The position numbers were made by a program, and so were the translations under genes. From the NCBI GenBank assembly GCA_016188355.1, contig JACPHY010000002.1, positions 596-64,595 on the forward strand: a stretch of 64,000 nt of DNA. The letters run 5' to 3'. Shown here piece by piece: positions 46,685 through 56,139 of this stretch (positions are counted from its first letter, which is position 1; each line of letters starts with the position of its first letter). Source of the stretch: Candidatus Uhrbacteria bacterium (GTDB lineage: Bacteria > Patescibacteriota > Patescibacteriia > JACPHY01). The notes under the pieces are model-generated. The model ran no database searches, was not told the DNA's origin, and saw only the letters and a program-made list of their open reading frames with translations.

Positions 46685-47701
46685 ATGCCTCCATTTTTGC
46701 AGCGACTCCGGAATCTCGATCCGCAGCGACTGCTCCTCCTGCTCATTGGCGCCATCATCGTCTTCAGTATCCTCGGGAAACTCCTCATCCCGATCATGGC
46801 AATCGCCGGTATCGTCCTGCTTGCAAAACTTCTCGCGAGCACCTCCCGGGCCTCTACACACACGATTCCCGCCCCATTCCTTTCCTCTATGCGCACCCGC
46901 GTTCCCTGGATCATCCTCGCGGTGGTTCTCCTACTCATCCTCGGGTCTGGTGTCGTCATTATTTCTGCAGGGAGCACTGGGGTGGTGCACTTGTTCGGTA
47001 AAGTACGCGACCAGGAATTGCGGAGTGGCATCCATCTCATAAATCCCCTCGCGAAAGTGGAGCGCATGAGCATCCGAACCGAAGAATTCTCCATGACGCA
47101 GATGCGGGAAGGCGGATCCGGCGACGCGATCACCGTACTCACCAAAGAAGGACTCGATGTCACCCTCGATCTCACCGTGCTGTATCGACTCCAAGAAGCA
47201 CAGGCATCGGATGTCTTCAAGGCATTTGGGCCGCAGTATCGCGATCGCATCATTCGTCCGGTGATCCGCAGCGCCATTCGACAAGTCGTCGCGGAATTTG
47301 AGGCGAAGGATATCTACTCCGAAAAACGCGAGGAGGTCGGTCAAAAATTACGCACGCTCATCGCGAGAGACCTTGAGCCGCGCGGCATCGTCCTGGAGGA
47401 GGTGCTCCTCCGTGATGTGGAACTGCCCGAACGGCTCATGAAGAGCATCCAAGAAAAACTCGCGTCGGAGCAGGAAGCGCAACGGTACAATTTCCTCCTC
47501 GACCAGGCCCGGAAAGAAGCGGAACGCAAACGCATCGAGGCAGAAGGCCAACGCGACGCGCAGCGCATCATCAACGAAAGCCTCACGCCCGCGTACCTCC
47601 ACTTCAAATACATCGAGAGCCTCAAGGACCGCCAAGGCACCATCTACGTTCCCGTGAATCCCCAGAACGGACTACCGCTCCTCAAGGACATTGGTCGGTA
47701 G
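46685..47701 (+). CDS. SPFH/Band-7 (prohibitin/HflK-C-like) membrane protein
   Basis: N-terminal TM; SPFH-domain sequence; C-terminal coiled coil (EAERKRIEAEGQRDAQRII). Confidence 0.8.
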   Translation: MPPFLQRLRNLDPQRLLLLLIGAIIVFSILGKLLIPIMAIAGIVLLAKLLASTSRASTHTIPAPFLSSMRTRVPWIILAVVLLLILGSGVVIISAGSTGVVHLFGKVRDQELRSGIHLINPLAKVERMSIRTEEFSMTQMREGGSGDAITVLTKEGLDVTLDLTVLYRLQEAQASDVFKAFGPQYRDRIIRPVIRSAIRQVVAEFEAKDIYSEKREEVGQKLRTLIARDLEPRGIVLEEVLLRDVELPERLMKSIQEKLASEQEAQRYNFLLDQARKEAERKRIEAEGQRDAQRIINESLTPAYLHFKYIESLKDRQGTIYVPVNPQNGLPLLKDIGR

Positions 47702-47863
47702 CATCCGTCGATCCCCAGCAGCAACACATCCCTCAGGCCCAATGGGCTTGAGGGATGTGCATGAAGGTCGACGTCTCACTCTTCCTCAGTCACTGCTTCA
47801 TCCGCCCTCGACTCAGATGATCTCTTCGGGAGCGTAAAACTCTTCGAACTCCGCAAAATTACT

Positions 47864-48259
47864 TTATTTTGTATAGCAGGTTGCCTCAATATTGTTCCCG
47901 TCGGGATCGAGAACAAAAGCTCCGTAGTACTTCGGACCATACTGCGGCCGCGGACCGGGCGCTCCATTATCTCTTCCACCCGCGAGCAGGGCTGCGTCGT
48001 AGAACGCTCGCACCATCGCCTCATCTTTCGCGGCAAATGCAATGTGTACCTCGGTAATCTTCACGAGGTTCCCCTCTGCAAACATCCATAGGTGACCCGA
48101 GGCATCTTCCGGGTCACTCGCCCCGAATCCCGCCGCACCATCGAAGTCGCCTGGGAATCGCTTGTATCCCAGCGGCGCAAGTGCCTGCTCGTAGAATGCC
48201 GCGCTGCGATCGAGATTCGAAACATGGAGCGTGACGTGGTCGATCATACGAATATGCAA
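47864..48259 (-). CDS. VOC/glyoxalase-family protein
   Basis: Paired beta-alpha-beta-beta-beta modules (HVTLHVSNLDRSAAFY...; VHIAFAAKDEAMV). Confidence 0.7.
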   Translation of the reverse strand: MHIRMIDHVTLHVSNLDRSAAFYEQALAPLGYKRFPGDFDGAAGFGASDPEDASGHLWMFAEGNLVKITEVHIAFAAKDEAMVRAFYDAALLAGGRDNGAPGPRPQYGPKYYGAFVLDPDGNNIEATCYTK

Positions 48260-48299
48260 TGAGGCCGAATCCCATTATTCGGATGCTCCACTACTACGA

Positions 48300-49637
48300 T
48301 CACGAAACACTCAACCGCTCATCAATGCGCGCGATGTCTCTGGGGAACAACGTCGCCTCCTTCACGTTTTCGATGCCAAGGAACTTCGCGGTGAGGCGCT
48401 CCAGCCCGATGGCGAGTCCTCCCTCCGGGGGCATGCCATATTGGAATGCTTCCAGGTAGTACGCGAAGTGATCGGGGTTGAGTCCCCATTTGGCGATATT
48501 GTTGCGAAGCATGGCGTGGTCGTGGATGCGTTGGCCACCGGTCGTGATTTCGATGCCGCGGAAGAGGAGGTCAAAGCCGAGGGTGAAGTTGGGATCGGCG
48601 GGGTCGGGCATCGTGTAGAAGGGGCGCTTGGAGGTCGGGAAGTGCGTGACGAAGAGGAAGTCGGATCCGTGTGTCTTCGCGGACCATTCACAGAGTTTGC
48701 GCTCGTGCTCAGGCTCGAGGTCGGGTTCACCAATGCACGCGATGCCGAATTCCTTGCCGAGGATCTCCTGTGCCTCGCGGAGCTTTACGGCAGGAATATC
48801 TTTGGGAACGGCGGGGAGCGTCGCACGGAGGAGTTCGAGTTCAGCAGCGCACGTGCGTGCGACGTGATCGACGAGATACGCGAGAAAATCGTTCTCCACG
48901 CGCATCACGTCCTGGTGGTCGCGGATGAACCCCATTTCGAGATCCATGCTCGTGTACTCATTGAGATGCCGGGTCGTGGCGTGGAGCTCGGCGCGGTACA
49001 CGTTGCCCACGGTGAAGACGCGCTCGAAGACGCCCACCATGATCTGCTTGTAGAACTGCGGCGATTGCGCGAGGAAGGCGGGCTTGCCAAAGTAGTCGAT
49101 CGTGAACACGTTCGCGCCACCCTCGGTGGACCCGGCCACGATTTTCGGTGCCTGGAACTCCGTGAATCCCTGCCCACGGAGGAATGCGCGAAATGCTTCA
49201 ATAATTTCTCCTTGAATCTTGAAAATGGCACGCGCGCGTGCGGTGCGGAGCGTGTAGGGAAGATGATCGAGGTAGGTATCGAGTCCGAGATCACTCGTGG
49301 CGTCGAATGGCAACGGCTGCGCCGTGGCGAGCACCGTGACCGCCTTCGCTTCCATTTCGATGCGACCGGTGACGAGCTTCGGATTCACGGCCTTTTCGCC
49401 GCGTGCCTTCACGAGGCCATCCACCTGCACCACAAACCCGGGGCGGAGATCTTTCACGATCGCCATCCCCTGCTCACCCACGACCTGCGGCACCACGACC
49501 ACCTGCAAAATGCCGGAGCGATCTCGAACGTCAAGGAAGATGATCTTGCCCATGTCCCGACGGGCATCAATCCATCCCGACACCGATACTTCCTGTCCCA
49601 CATGATCCGTGGTCGCGGCAACGAGAGTACGTTCCAT
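48300..49637 (-). CDS. aspS: Aspartyl-tRNA synthetase, archaeal/eukaryotic short type (likely non-discriminating)
   Basis: OB-fold N-terminus (VSVSGWIDARRDMGKIIFLDVRDRSG); class II motifs; ~445 aa with no GAD insertion; start at ATG 49637, because the terminator hairpin at 49697-49719 excludes the longer ORF. Confidence 0.88.
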   Translation of the reverse strand: MERTLVAATTDHVGQEVSVSGWIDARRDMGKIIFLDVRDRSGILQVVVVPQVVGEQGMAIVKDLRPGFVVQVDGLVKARGEKAVNPKLVTGRIEMEAKAVTVLATAQPLPFDATSDLGLDTYLDHLPYTLRTARARAIFKIQGEIIEAFRAFLRGQGFTEFQAPKIVAGSTEGGANVFTIDYFGKPAFLAQSPQFYKQIMVGVFERVFTVGNVYRAELHATTRHLNEYTSMDLEMGFIRDHQDVMRVENDFLAYLVDHVARTCAAELELLRATLPAVPKDIPAVKLREAQEILGKEFGIACIGEPDLEPEHERKLCEWSAKTHGSDFLFVTHFPTSKRPFYTMPDPADPNFTLGFDLLFRGIEITTGGQRIHDHAMLRNNIAKWGLNPDHFAYYLEAFQYGMPPEGGLAIGLERLTAKFLGIENVKEATLFPRDIARIDERLSVS

Positions 49638-49696
49638 AGATTGAAGAGGTAGTGGACGAATCGTACCGAATCCCGTTGCGGCGCACAACTCCGCAA

Positions 49697-49719
49697 AAAC
49701 GCAAAGCACCCCGGACCGG
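49697..49719 (-). terminator. Intrinsic terminator after recO (CACCCCG...CGGGGTG followed by CUUUGCGUUUUUGCGG on the minus strand)
   Basis: Stem plus U-rich tract read in the sequence. Confidence 0.65.
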
Positions 49720-49737
49720 GTTCGGGGTGCGCCGCGC

Positions 49738-50472
49738 TCACGACCCGGTCACCATACGGACCCCCCACGCGCCCGTCAACTCGGGGAACGAACGGAGCGG
49801 CCCCGGCAGGTGCACGAGGAGCTGTGCTCGCGCAAACGCCTGCACCGCTGGCAACGCGGGGATGCACTGAAAGTCCGCTGCCATACTCGCGAGCTGCGCG
49901 CGATCTTCGGAACGGAGCATGCACACTTCCCCAGTACGCGCGCGGCAGCGCAGGCAGAGCACGCCCCCCCGCACGGGATCTGCGGCCGCAATGCCAGGCG
50001 GAACCGTCGCGCGACACCCTACGCAGCGCTCCAGCTCCGGCGCGTATCCTAAAATACTCAAACAACGAATGATGCAGGACGAGGTATCCGCGCATCGCTG
50101 CTCCGCGATCGCGGAAAACGCCGCACACAAAAAATCGTACAATCCGGCATCACGATGCGCATCCCGCGTGAGCGCGTCCACACACTCCGCAATAAACGCG
50201 ACTTGCCGAATCAGCTCCCAGGATGACGCGAATCGGGTGCCGGATGCCATGACGCGCGCAAACGTGACCCGATCCATACTGCGCCCATGCGCGAGCACGA
50301 GCTCCGTCACCGAGTACGGCTCCAGATGCGCCGCCAATTTTGCCAATGGCCGCCGCGTGCCCTTGCCCACGCAGGCGAATTTTCCGTGCTCACGCGTGAG
50401 CACGGTGTACACCCGATCCCACTCGCCGCTATCGCGCCGGCGAAGAATGATACCGGTAGCCGCGTAGGTCAT
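49738..50472 (-). CDS. recO: DNA repair protein RecO
   Basis: N-terminal OB-fold pattern; C-terminal CxxC...CxxC zinc finger (CVGCRATV...CLRCR). Confidence 0.8.
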   Translation of the reverse strand: MTYAATGIILRRRDSGEWDRVYTVLTREHGKFACVGKGTRRPLAKLAAHLEPYSVTELVLAHGRSMDRVTFARVMASGTRFASSWELIRQVAFIAECVDALTRDAHRDAGLYDFLCAAFSAIAEQRCADTSSCIIRCLSILGYAPELERCVGCRATVPPGIAAADPVRGGVLCLRCRARTGEVCMLRSEDRAQLASMAADFQCIPALPAVQAFARAQLLVHLPGPLRSFPELTGAWGVRMVTGS

Positions 50473-50492
50473 AGAAAAACCACCGCCACAGG

Positions 50493-50891
50493 CTACTGCG
50501 TTTCCTGGACGCGTTCGATGTAGCTTTGGAGGATGATTGCCGCGGCAATCGCATCATCATCCGCGCTCGACTTCCATCCACGCATGAGACGCTTGGCAAA
50601 TGCCGTGGTCAATCGCTCATCCTCAGTCACCACCGGCAACGTGGATTCTCGACGCAGCCATGCCACGAATTCCTCCGTCGCCGTGACGCGCGCACTCTTC
50701 CCCCCGCGGAGCGGATGTGGCATCCCCACCACAATGGCCCGAACGCCATACTCCATGCACGCACGCTGAATTTCCTGACCAAGCTCCCGCCGCGATTCCC
50801 ATCGCAGCACCCGAAGCGGCGTCGCCAAGACGCCCTCCGCAATCGCAAGGCCCACTTTTCGCGAACCGTAGTCAATGCCGAGCAACGCCAT
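50493..50891 (-). CDS. ruvX: Holliday-junction resolvase-like RuvX/YqgF (pre-16S rRNA nuclease)
   Basis: LLGIDYGSRKVGLAIAE N-terminus; start at the internal ATG 50891. Confidence 0.8.
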   Translation of the reverse strand: MALLGIDYGSRKVGLAIAEGVLATPLRVLRWESRRELGQEIQRACMEYGVRAIVVGMPHPLRGGKSARVTATEEFVAWLRRESTLPVVTEDERLTTAFAKRLMRGWKSSADDDAIAAAIILQSYIERVQETQ

Positions 50892-50943
50892 ACCTTGACG
50901 CCCCATCCTCGTACAGGAGTATCCTATCAGTACCTCCATCACT

Positions 50944-51408
50944 ATGGCAGACGCACCACTGACTCGCGACTACTTTGACCAACAGTTTGACGCGCTCACC
51001 CATGCGCTGCAGGGTGGATTTGCGCATATTGATAGTGAAATCGTTGGGCTCAAGACTGATGTTGCTGAGCTTAAAACGGATGTTGCGGGGCTCAAGACTG
51101 ATGTTGCTGAGCTTAAAACGGATGTTGCGGGGCTCAAACGGGATGTGGGGGTACTCAAAATGGATGTTGCGGACATTAAAGCCGATGTCGCAGATCTCAA
51201 GTCCCGCATGGCCACCCTCGAGGATGAAGTGCGCGTTCTCTCGGCGAACATGATCACAAAGCAGTACCTCGACGCGAAACTCGACATCTTCGTTCGGAAC
51301 CAGGAACGCGATTCTCTTTTCAAGCGGACGCTCCTCCTCGCACTCGAACAGGCGAAAGTACTCGACCCTGCCATGCGTGCGAAACTGGAACAATTGATTC
51401 CGTCGTAA
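50944..51408 (+). CDS. Hypothetical coiled-coil protein with 7-aa tandem repeats (DVAxLKT x ~8)
   Basis: Translation IVGLKTDVAELKTDVAGLKTDVAELKTDVAGLKRDVGVLKMDVADIKADVADLK. Confidence 0.5.
   Translation: MADAPLTRDYFDQQFDALTHALQGGFAHIDSEIVGLKTDVAELKTDVAGLKTDVAELKTDVAGLKRDVGVLKMDVADIKADVADLKSRMATLEDEVRVLSANMITKQYLDAKLDIFVRNQERDSLFKRTLLLALEQAKVLDPAMRAKLEQLIPS
51040..51215 (+). repeat. Intragenic 21-nt tandem repeat array including a perfect 42-nt tandem duplication (51049-51090 = 51091-51132)
   Basis: ctcaagactgatgttgctgagcttaaaacggatgttgcgggg occurs twice back-to-back; degenerate units continue downstream; locally lower GC. Confidence 0.8.
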
Positions 51409-51424
51409 AAGCTGAAACCTGAAC

Positions 51425-51458
51425 GAGAGCGCTCCGCACATGGCGTGCGGAGCGCTCT
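51425..51458 (+). terminator. Perfect 14/15-bp hairpin (gagagcgctccgcac atgg c gtgcggagcgctct) after the coiled-coil gene
   Basis: Inverted repeat followed by gtattcat. Confidence 0.55.
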
Positions 51459-51589
51459 GTATTCATGGTCGGGAGACGGAACGTCGGCCGCCGAAGTACT
51501 GCTCGCTATCCGCATAAAAGATCAGCTCACGGTCGCGGTAGATCGCAATGCCGGCGTATGTCGCGTTGGAATCCTGGAGCATCTTCGGA

Positions 51590-52432
51590 TCATCCTGCCC
51601 GCGTCAACACTTCCGTCCCCTCGCTCGTAATGAGTATGGAGTGCTCAAAATGTGCCGACAGGGAACCATCAACCGTGGCGACGGTCCATCCATCGGCGAG
51701 CGTGCGTACGTCCGCTCGCCCCGCAGCAACCATGGGCTCAATGGCGATCACCAGTCCGTCCGAAAGTGATGCATCATGATGGCCACGATCCCAAAAATTC
51801 GGCACCTGCGGTTCCTCATGGATCGCGCGCCCCACACCGTGGCCCACTAAATCCCGCACCACAGAATACCCTGCGCGCTCCACGACGCGCTGCACGGATC
51901 GCGCGATATCTCGAATACGATGTCCCACCACCGCCTGTGCAATACCCGCTGCGAGGGCATCCGCGGTAACGGTCAGCAGTCGCTGCGCCTCCGGAGCGAT
52001 CACTCCTACGGGTACCGTGACGGCGGTGTCGGTGAACAGTCCGCCCTCCGCGGGCCAACGCATCCCGATATCCAAACTCACAATATCCCCCGCTTGGAGT
52101 ATCACCTCTCGCGTGGGGACCCCATGCACCACCTCCGCATTCACCGATGTGCAGAGGCTTCCTGGATAAGGAATGGCTGCGAAGGAAGGGCGATATCCCT
52201 TAAAGGCTGGCTTCCCGCCCGATGCCAAAATGAGCTGTTCGGCGAGCGCATCGAGTGCGCGCAGCGAAACACCAGGCCGCACGGATTGCGCGACCTGCGC
52301 CAGCACCGCACCCAGCCGGTGCCCTCCTTCTCGCAGCCATGCACGCTCTTCTGTCGTACGCGCAACCATAGCAATGCACTCATCGTAGCAGGACGAAAAC
52401 AGCGCGCCCACTTCCCGGTGAACGCGCTCCAT
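51590..52432 (-). CDS. map: Methionine aminopeptidase type I
   Basis: Metal-binding D/D/H/E/E residues within the MetAP-I fold pattern (e.g. GIGMRWP...HG...ALAIEPM). Confidence 0.9.
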   Translation of the reverse strand: MERVHREVGALFSSCYDECIAMVARTTEERAWLREGGHRLGAVLAQVAQSVRPGVSLRALDALAEQLILASGGKPAFKGYRPSFAAIPYPGSLCTSVNAEVVHGVPTREVILQAGDIVSLDIGMRWPAEGGLFTDTAVTVPVGVIAPEAQRLLTVTADALAAGIAQAVVGHRIRDIARSVQRVVERAGYSVVRDLVGHGVGRAIHEEPQVPNFWDRGHHDASLSDGLVIAIEPMVAAGRADVRTLADGWTVATVDGSLSAHFEHSILITSEGTEVLTRAG

Positions 52433-52459
52433 TGTTGCTCCGCAGTTCCGCTACGGACG

Positions 52460-52976
52460 TTATTCCCCCTCCCCCATGACCATGCCGCACGTACGCTGCG
52501 CCCACCACATCGGCACCGATTCATACAGACGCAGCATGGTCTCCACGCCACCGCACTCCGCTATTTCCCGTACCTCCGCTCCCTGCGCCTGGCAGGCACG
52601 GGAGAATGACTTTCGAGCAGGCAACCCGCACCTACAAATCAAAACAACGATCTCGATCACCCCCGCAGTCGATACCAGACGGGCCACGAACTGTCGCACC
52701 GCAGCATCGCACTGCATCGCCGCGTACACCACGACGAGCGCCGGGGAGTCGACTTCCGCGATACGCGCATACACGCACTGCGCGACCGCGGGAAAGGCTA
52801 TGCCCGAATTGCGCACCGCGTTCACCTGGACGCATCACGCGCGCCGCCCGATGCGGCGTCACCAGTATCACGTGCAGTGGATCGTATTTCGCCAACACCG
52901 CACGCAAGGCGCGCTCCAATACGTCATCGACCAGTTCCTCACGAATGCTCTGCATTGAGACAGCCCCCCGGTACAC
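52460..52976 (-). pseudogene. Hypothetical gene split over two overlapping frames (52976->~52850 and 52825->52460); possible frameshift, pseudogene or sequencing error; occupies the usual infA position between adk and map
   Basis: Both partial translations look protein-like (MQSIREELVDDVLERALRAVLAKYDPLHVILVTPHRAARV / NAVRNSGIAFPAVAQCVYARIAEVDSPALVVVYAAM...); three stop codons in the downstream frame lie just upstream of its GTG; the rest of each overlapping frame is Arg-rich junk. Confidence 0.3.
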
Positions 52977-53016
52977 ACGTACCTTGCGGAGAGTGTATCA
53001 TGTCCACGGCGCGGCA

Positions 53017-53664
53017 TCAATGCTCTGAGATACCCAACGCATGTCGAATATCATGCTGCACCGCCGCTGCAGGCTGTTGGCCATTCACCTCCGCGAGCAC
53101 CCCCTGCGCACGACATGCGGCAATCACCGGCTCCGTCTGCTCATGGTAATGCACAATGCGGCGCGCGATGCGCTCCGGGTCGTCGTCCTTCCGACGGGTG
53201 AGCGTCCCATCGCACGCAGTACACATCGCTTCATTGCCGGGCTCCACTGGCATCTCCCGACGAGAGAACTGCAATCCGCATACGCAGACGAGACGATCTG
53301 AGAGACGTCGATAAATCTCCTGCTCATCAATCACCAGGAGCACCGCGTGGGTTAGTGGCGTCTTGATCTGTTCCAGCACGTCCAGCTGTTCCCGCTCGCG
53401 TGGGAAGCCGTCCAAAATGAACCCCGACGCACAATCCGGCTCCGCCAATCGCTGCGCAATCACGGCATTCGTAATCGCATTCGGCACCATGGCACCGGAC
53501 TCCACCACCGATGCCACCTGTTTGCCGAGCGGGGTTCCCAGCGCAATTGCTCTGCGATAGAGCGCACCCGGCATCACGATGGGCACGCCAAGTACCGGAG
53601 CCAGCAACGCGGCCTGCGTTCCCTTCCCCGCACCGGGCGGACCGAGGAATGCGATACGAAACAT
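53017..53664 (-). CDS. adk: Adenylate kinase
   Basis: P-loop GPPGAGKGTQA; Zn-lid CxxC...CxxC (CVCGLQF...CTACDG). Confidence 0.9.
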   Translation of the reverse strand: MFRIAFLGPPGAGKGTQAALLAPVLGVPIVMPGALYRRAIALGTPLGKQVASVVESGAMVPNAITNAVIAQRLAEPDCASGFILDGFPREREQLDVLEQIKTPLTHAVLLVIDEQEIYRRLSDRLVCVCGLQFSRREMPVEPGNEAMCTACDGTLTRRKDDDPERIARRIVHYHEQTEPVIAACRAQGVLAEVNGQQPAAAVQHDIRHALGISEH

Positions 53665-53788
53665 ATGTACGAAAAAAATGACATGAGCAGTCTCCCATGC
53701 TACCGCAGCTGTCATGCTTCGACAAAACGACACCCCCCAAGGCAGGTACGCCTCGGGGGTGTCTTCATCCAATCACGCTGCGCACCCA

Positions 53789-55072
53789 TCAGAGTCCTTC
53801 GTACTCGCGCATGGTGAGCTGGCTCTGAATCTGTTTCACGGTCTCGATGACCACCGAAACAATGATGAGCAAACTCGTACCGCCGGCGATGGAAACGAGC
53901 GCCTGTGAGCCTGGCATGAGCTGCTGCATGACCAATGGCAGGATCGCGATAATACCGAGCGCAACCGCACCCGCAGAGATAATACGATTCGTCACGAAAC
54001 GCAAGTAGTCCGCGGTCGCACGCCCCGGTCGGATACCGGGAATGAATCCACCCTGCTTCTGAAGATTCTCCGCGATCTGCTGCGGCTGGAACACTACCGC
54101 GGTGTAGAAGTACGTGAAGATCACCACCAGCACGAAGTACAGCACGCCGTACAGCATCTGATTCTGGAAGAGCTGAATGATGGAATCTGCGGTATTGGCG
54201 ATCCATGCCGTCTTCGCGCGCACAAAGAACTGCGCCACCAACGGCGGAAAGAGGATGATGGAAATCGCAAAAATGATCGGGATCACCCCCGCCATGTTCA
54301 CGCGGAGCGGGAGATGCGTATCGAGGCCGCCCACCATGCGCATGCCGCGCACGCGCCGTGCATACGAAACCGGCACATTGCGCTGCGCCTCCGTGAGAGT
54401 CACCACACCAATCACCGTGCACACCGCAAGCACCAAGAACCCGATCGCCTGTAGCGCCTGCGCTGCATCAAATGAGAGCACCGCCTGTTGAATGGCCTGT
54501 GGGAGACTGGAAATGATACCAGCAAAAATGAGGAGCGAGATGCCGTTTCCCACGTGCTGCTCGGAGATGAGTTCCCCCAACCACACCAGGAACATCGTTC
54601 CCGCCGTCACCGTGGCGAGGAGCGCGATCATGTCCCACGTCCCGAGCGCAGGGAGAATTTGCGCATTTGATTGCCGGATAATCGAAATGAGACCGAAGCC
54701 CTGCAGGAATGCGAGCGGCACGGTCAGGAGACGGGTGTACTGGCTGATTTTCCGCCGCCCAAACTCGCCCTCCTTCTGCAGCTCCTCAATCGCGGGGATC
54801 ACCATGCCGAGGAGCTGAAAAATGATGGATGCGGTGATGTACGGTGCCACGCCCATGGCAACAATGGAGAAATTCTCCATGGTGCCACCGGAGAACAAGT
54901 TGAGGAGCCCGAGAATCTGATTGGATGCAAAGAAACGCTGCAACTCAAACACGTTCACTCCGGGAATGGGAATGTGCGCGGCAAGCCGAAAGACGACGAG
55001 AATGCCCAGCACGACCGCAATCGCCCGACGGAGATCCTTCAGCTTCCAGAGCGTTGCGAATGGAGCAAACAT
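53789..55072 (-). CDS. secY: Preprotein translocase subunit SecY
   Basis: Ten-TM SecY pattern; start at ATG 55072 (MFAPFATLWKLKDLRR). Confidence 0.95.
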   Translation of the reverse strand: MFAPFATLWKLKDLRRAIAVVLGILVVFRLAAHIPIPGVNVFELQRFFASNQILGLLNLFSGGTMENFSIVAMGVAPYITASIIFQLLGMVIPAIEELQKEGEFGRRKISQYTRLLTVPLAFLQGFGLISIIRQSNAQILPALGTWDMIALLATVTAGTMFLVWLGELISEQHVGNGISLLIFAGIISSLPQAIQQAVLSFDAAQALQAIGFLVLAVCTVIGVVTLTEAQRNVPVSYARRVRGMRMVGGLDTHLPLRVNMAGVIPIIFAISIILFPPLVAQFFVRAKTAWIANTADSIIQLFQNQMLYGVLYFVLVVIFTYFYTAVVFQPQQIAENLQKQGGFIPGIRPGRATADYLRFVTNRIISAGAVALGIIAILPLVMQQLMPGSQALVSIAGGTSLLIIVSVVIETVKQIQSQLTMREYEGL

Positions 55073-55091
55073 ACGTAGCTTCACTGATGCA

Positions 55092-55547
55092 CTATGCGTC
55101 GATACGACCACCTACCGCCTCGATCTTCGCTTTTGCCGGCGCAGAAACTTGGACGCCCTGCACGATGAGCGACTTCGTGAGCGTACCACGTCCGAGCAGC
55201 TTCACTCCGTAGCGCGCGGTCGAAATGCACTTCGCCGCAATGAGCGTTTGCGGGGTAACGGTCGCACCGCTCGCAAATGCACGTTCGAGATCACCCACGT
55301 TCATGACCCGTGGTTTCGGGGTCAGACTACGGAACCCACGGAGCTTCGGCTGTGCGAGCAGAATACGACGAAGCCCGAGTCGCTTGAGGCCTCCGCGACC
55401 ACCCGTACGCGCCTTCTGCCCTTTGGTGCCGCGACCAGCGGTCTTCCCGCGCCCAGATCCATGCCCGCGACCCAGACGGCGGCGGTTCGAGCGACTACCC
55501 GGAGCGGATCGCAAATTGTGGAGTCCGTACGCCATAAAAAAGTTCAA
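55092..55547 (-). CDS. rplO: 50S ribosomal protein L15
   Basis: Gly/Arg-rich N-terminus (GRGHGSGRGKTAGRGTKGQK) typical of L15. Confidence 0.9.
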   Translation of the reverse strand: MNFFMAYGLHNLRSAPGSRSNRRRLGRGHGSGRGKTAGRGTKGQKARTGGRGGLKRLGLRRILLAQPKLRGFRSLTPKPRVMNVGDLERAFASGATVTPQTLIAAKCISTARYGVKLLGRGTLTKSLIVQGVQVSAPAKAKIEAVGGRIDA

Positions 55548-56119
55548 GCAGTCGCCGCGGCGCGTGCAGCTGCGGCACGAGCCGAGCGACGGGCACGGGC
55601 AACCTCATGCTGATCGCGAAGTGCGCGAATGGCAGTCATGGTCGCCTTTGCATTCGTCACCCGGTTGCTCGATCCCAGCATCTTCGCAACGACATTGGGG
55701 ATACCGGAGAGATCCAAGATGAGCCGTACCACGCCACCTGCGATAATTCCCGTCCCCTTTGGGGCTGGTTTCAGGAGCACTTTCGAAGCCTTATATTTCA
55801 CCGAAATATCGAACGGGATGGATTCGTTCCGCATCGGCACGGTGATCAGCACCTTCTTCGCCTGCGTGGTCGCCTTCGCGATCGCGCTGGACACATCCAC
55901 GCCCTTCGCCAATCCTACCGCCACCCGACCCTTCCGATCACCAATGGCGACGCACGCGCGAAAACGCATGCGCTTCCCGCCCGCAGTGACGCGGGTGACC
56001 CGTGCGAGATCAAGAATCTTCTGCTCAAACTCCTGCGGCTCCCGAGGTTCGCGATCCTCGCGTCGTCGCGACGGGCGCTTCCCGGAATCCGTCCGTTGCT
56101 CGGACATTCGTGGAGGCAT
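55544..56119 (-). CDS. rpsE: 30S ribosomal protein S5 (with a short basic N-terminal extension); overlaps the rplO start, so there is no rpmD between them
   Basis: RVTRVTAGGKRMRFRACVAIGDRKGRVAVGLAKG S5 core. Confidence 0.9.
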   Translation of the reverse strand: MPPRMSEQRTDSGKRPSRRREDREPREPQEFEQKILDLARVTRVTAGGKRMRFRACVAIGDRKGRVAVGLAKGVDVSSAIAKATTQAKKVLITVPMRNESIPFDISVKYKASKVLLKPAPKGTGIIAGGVVRLILDLSGIPNVVAKMLGSSNRVTNAKATMTAIRALRDQHEVARARRSARAAAARAAATA

Positions 56120-56139
56120 ATCGATGTACACGGCAAGAA

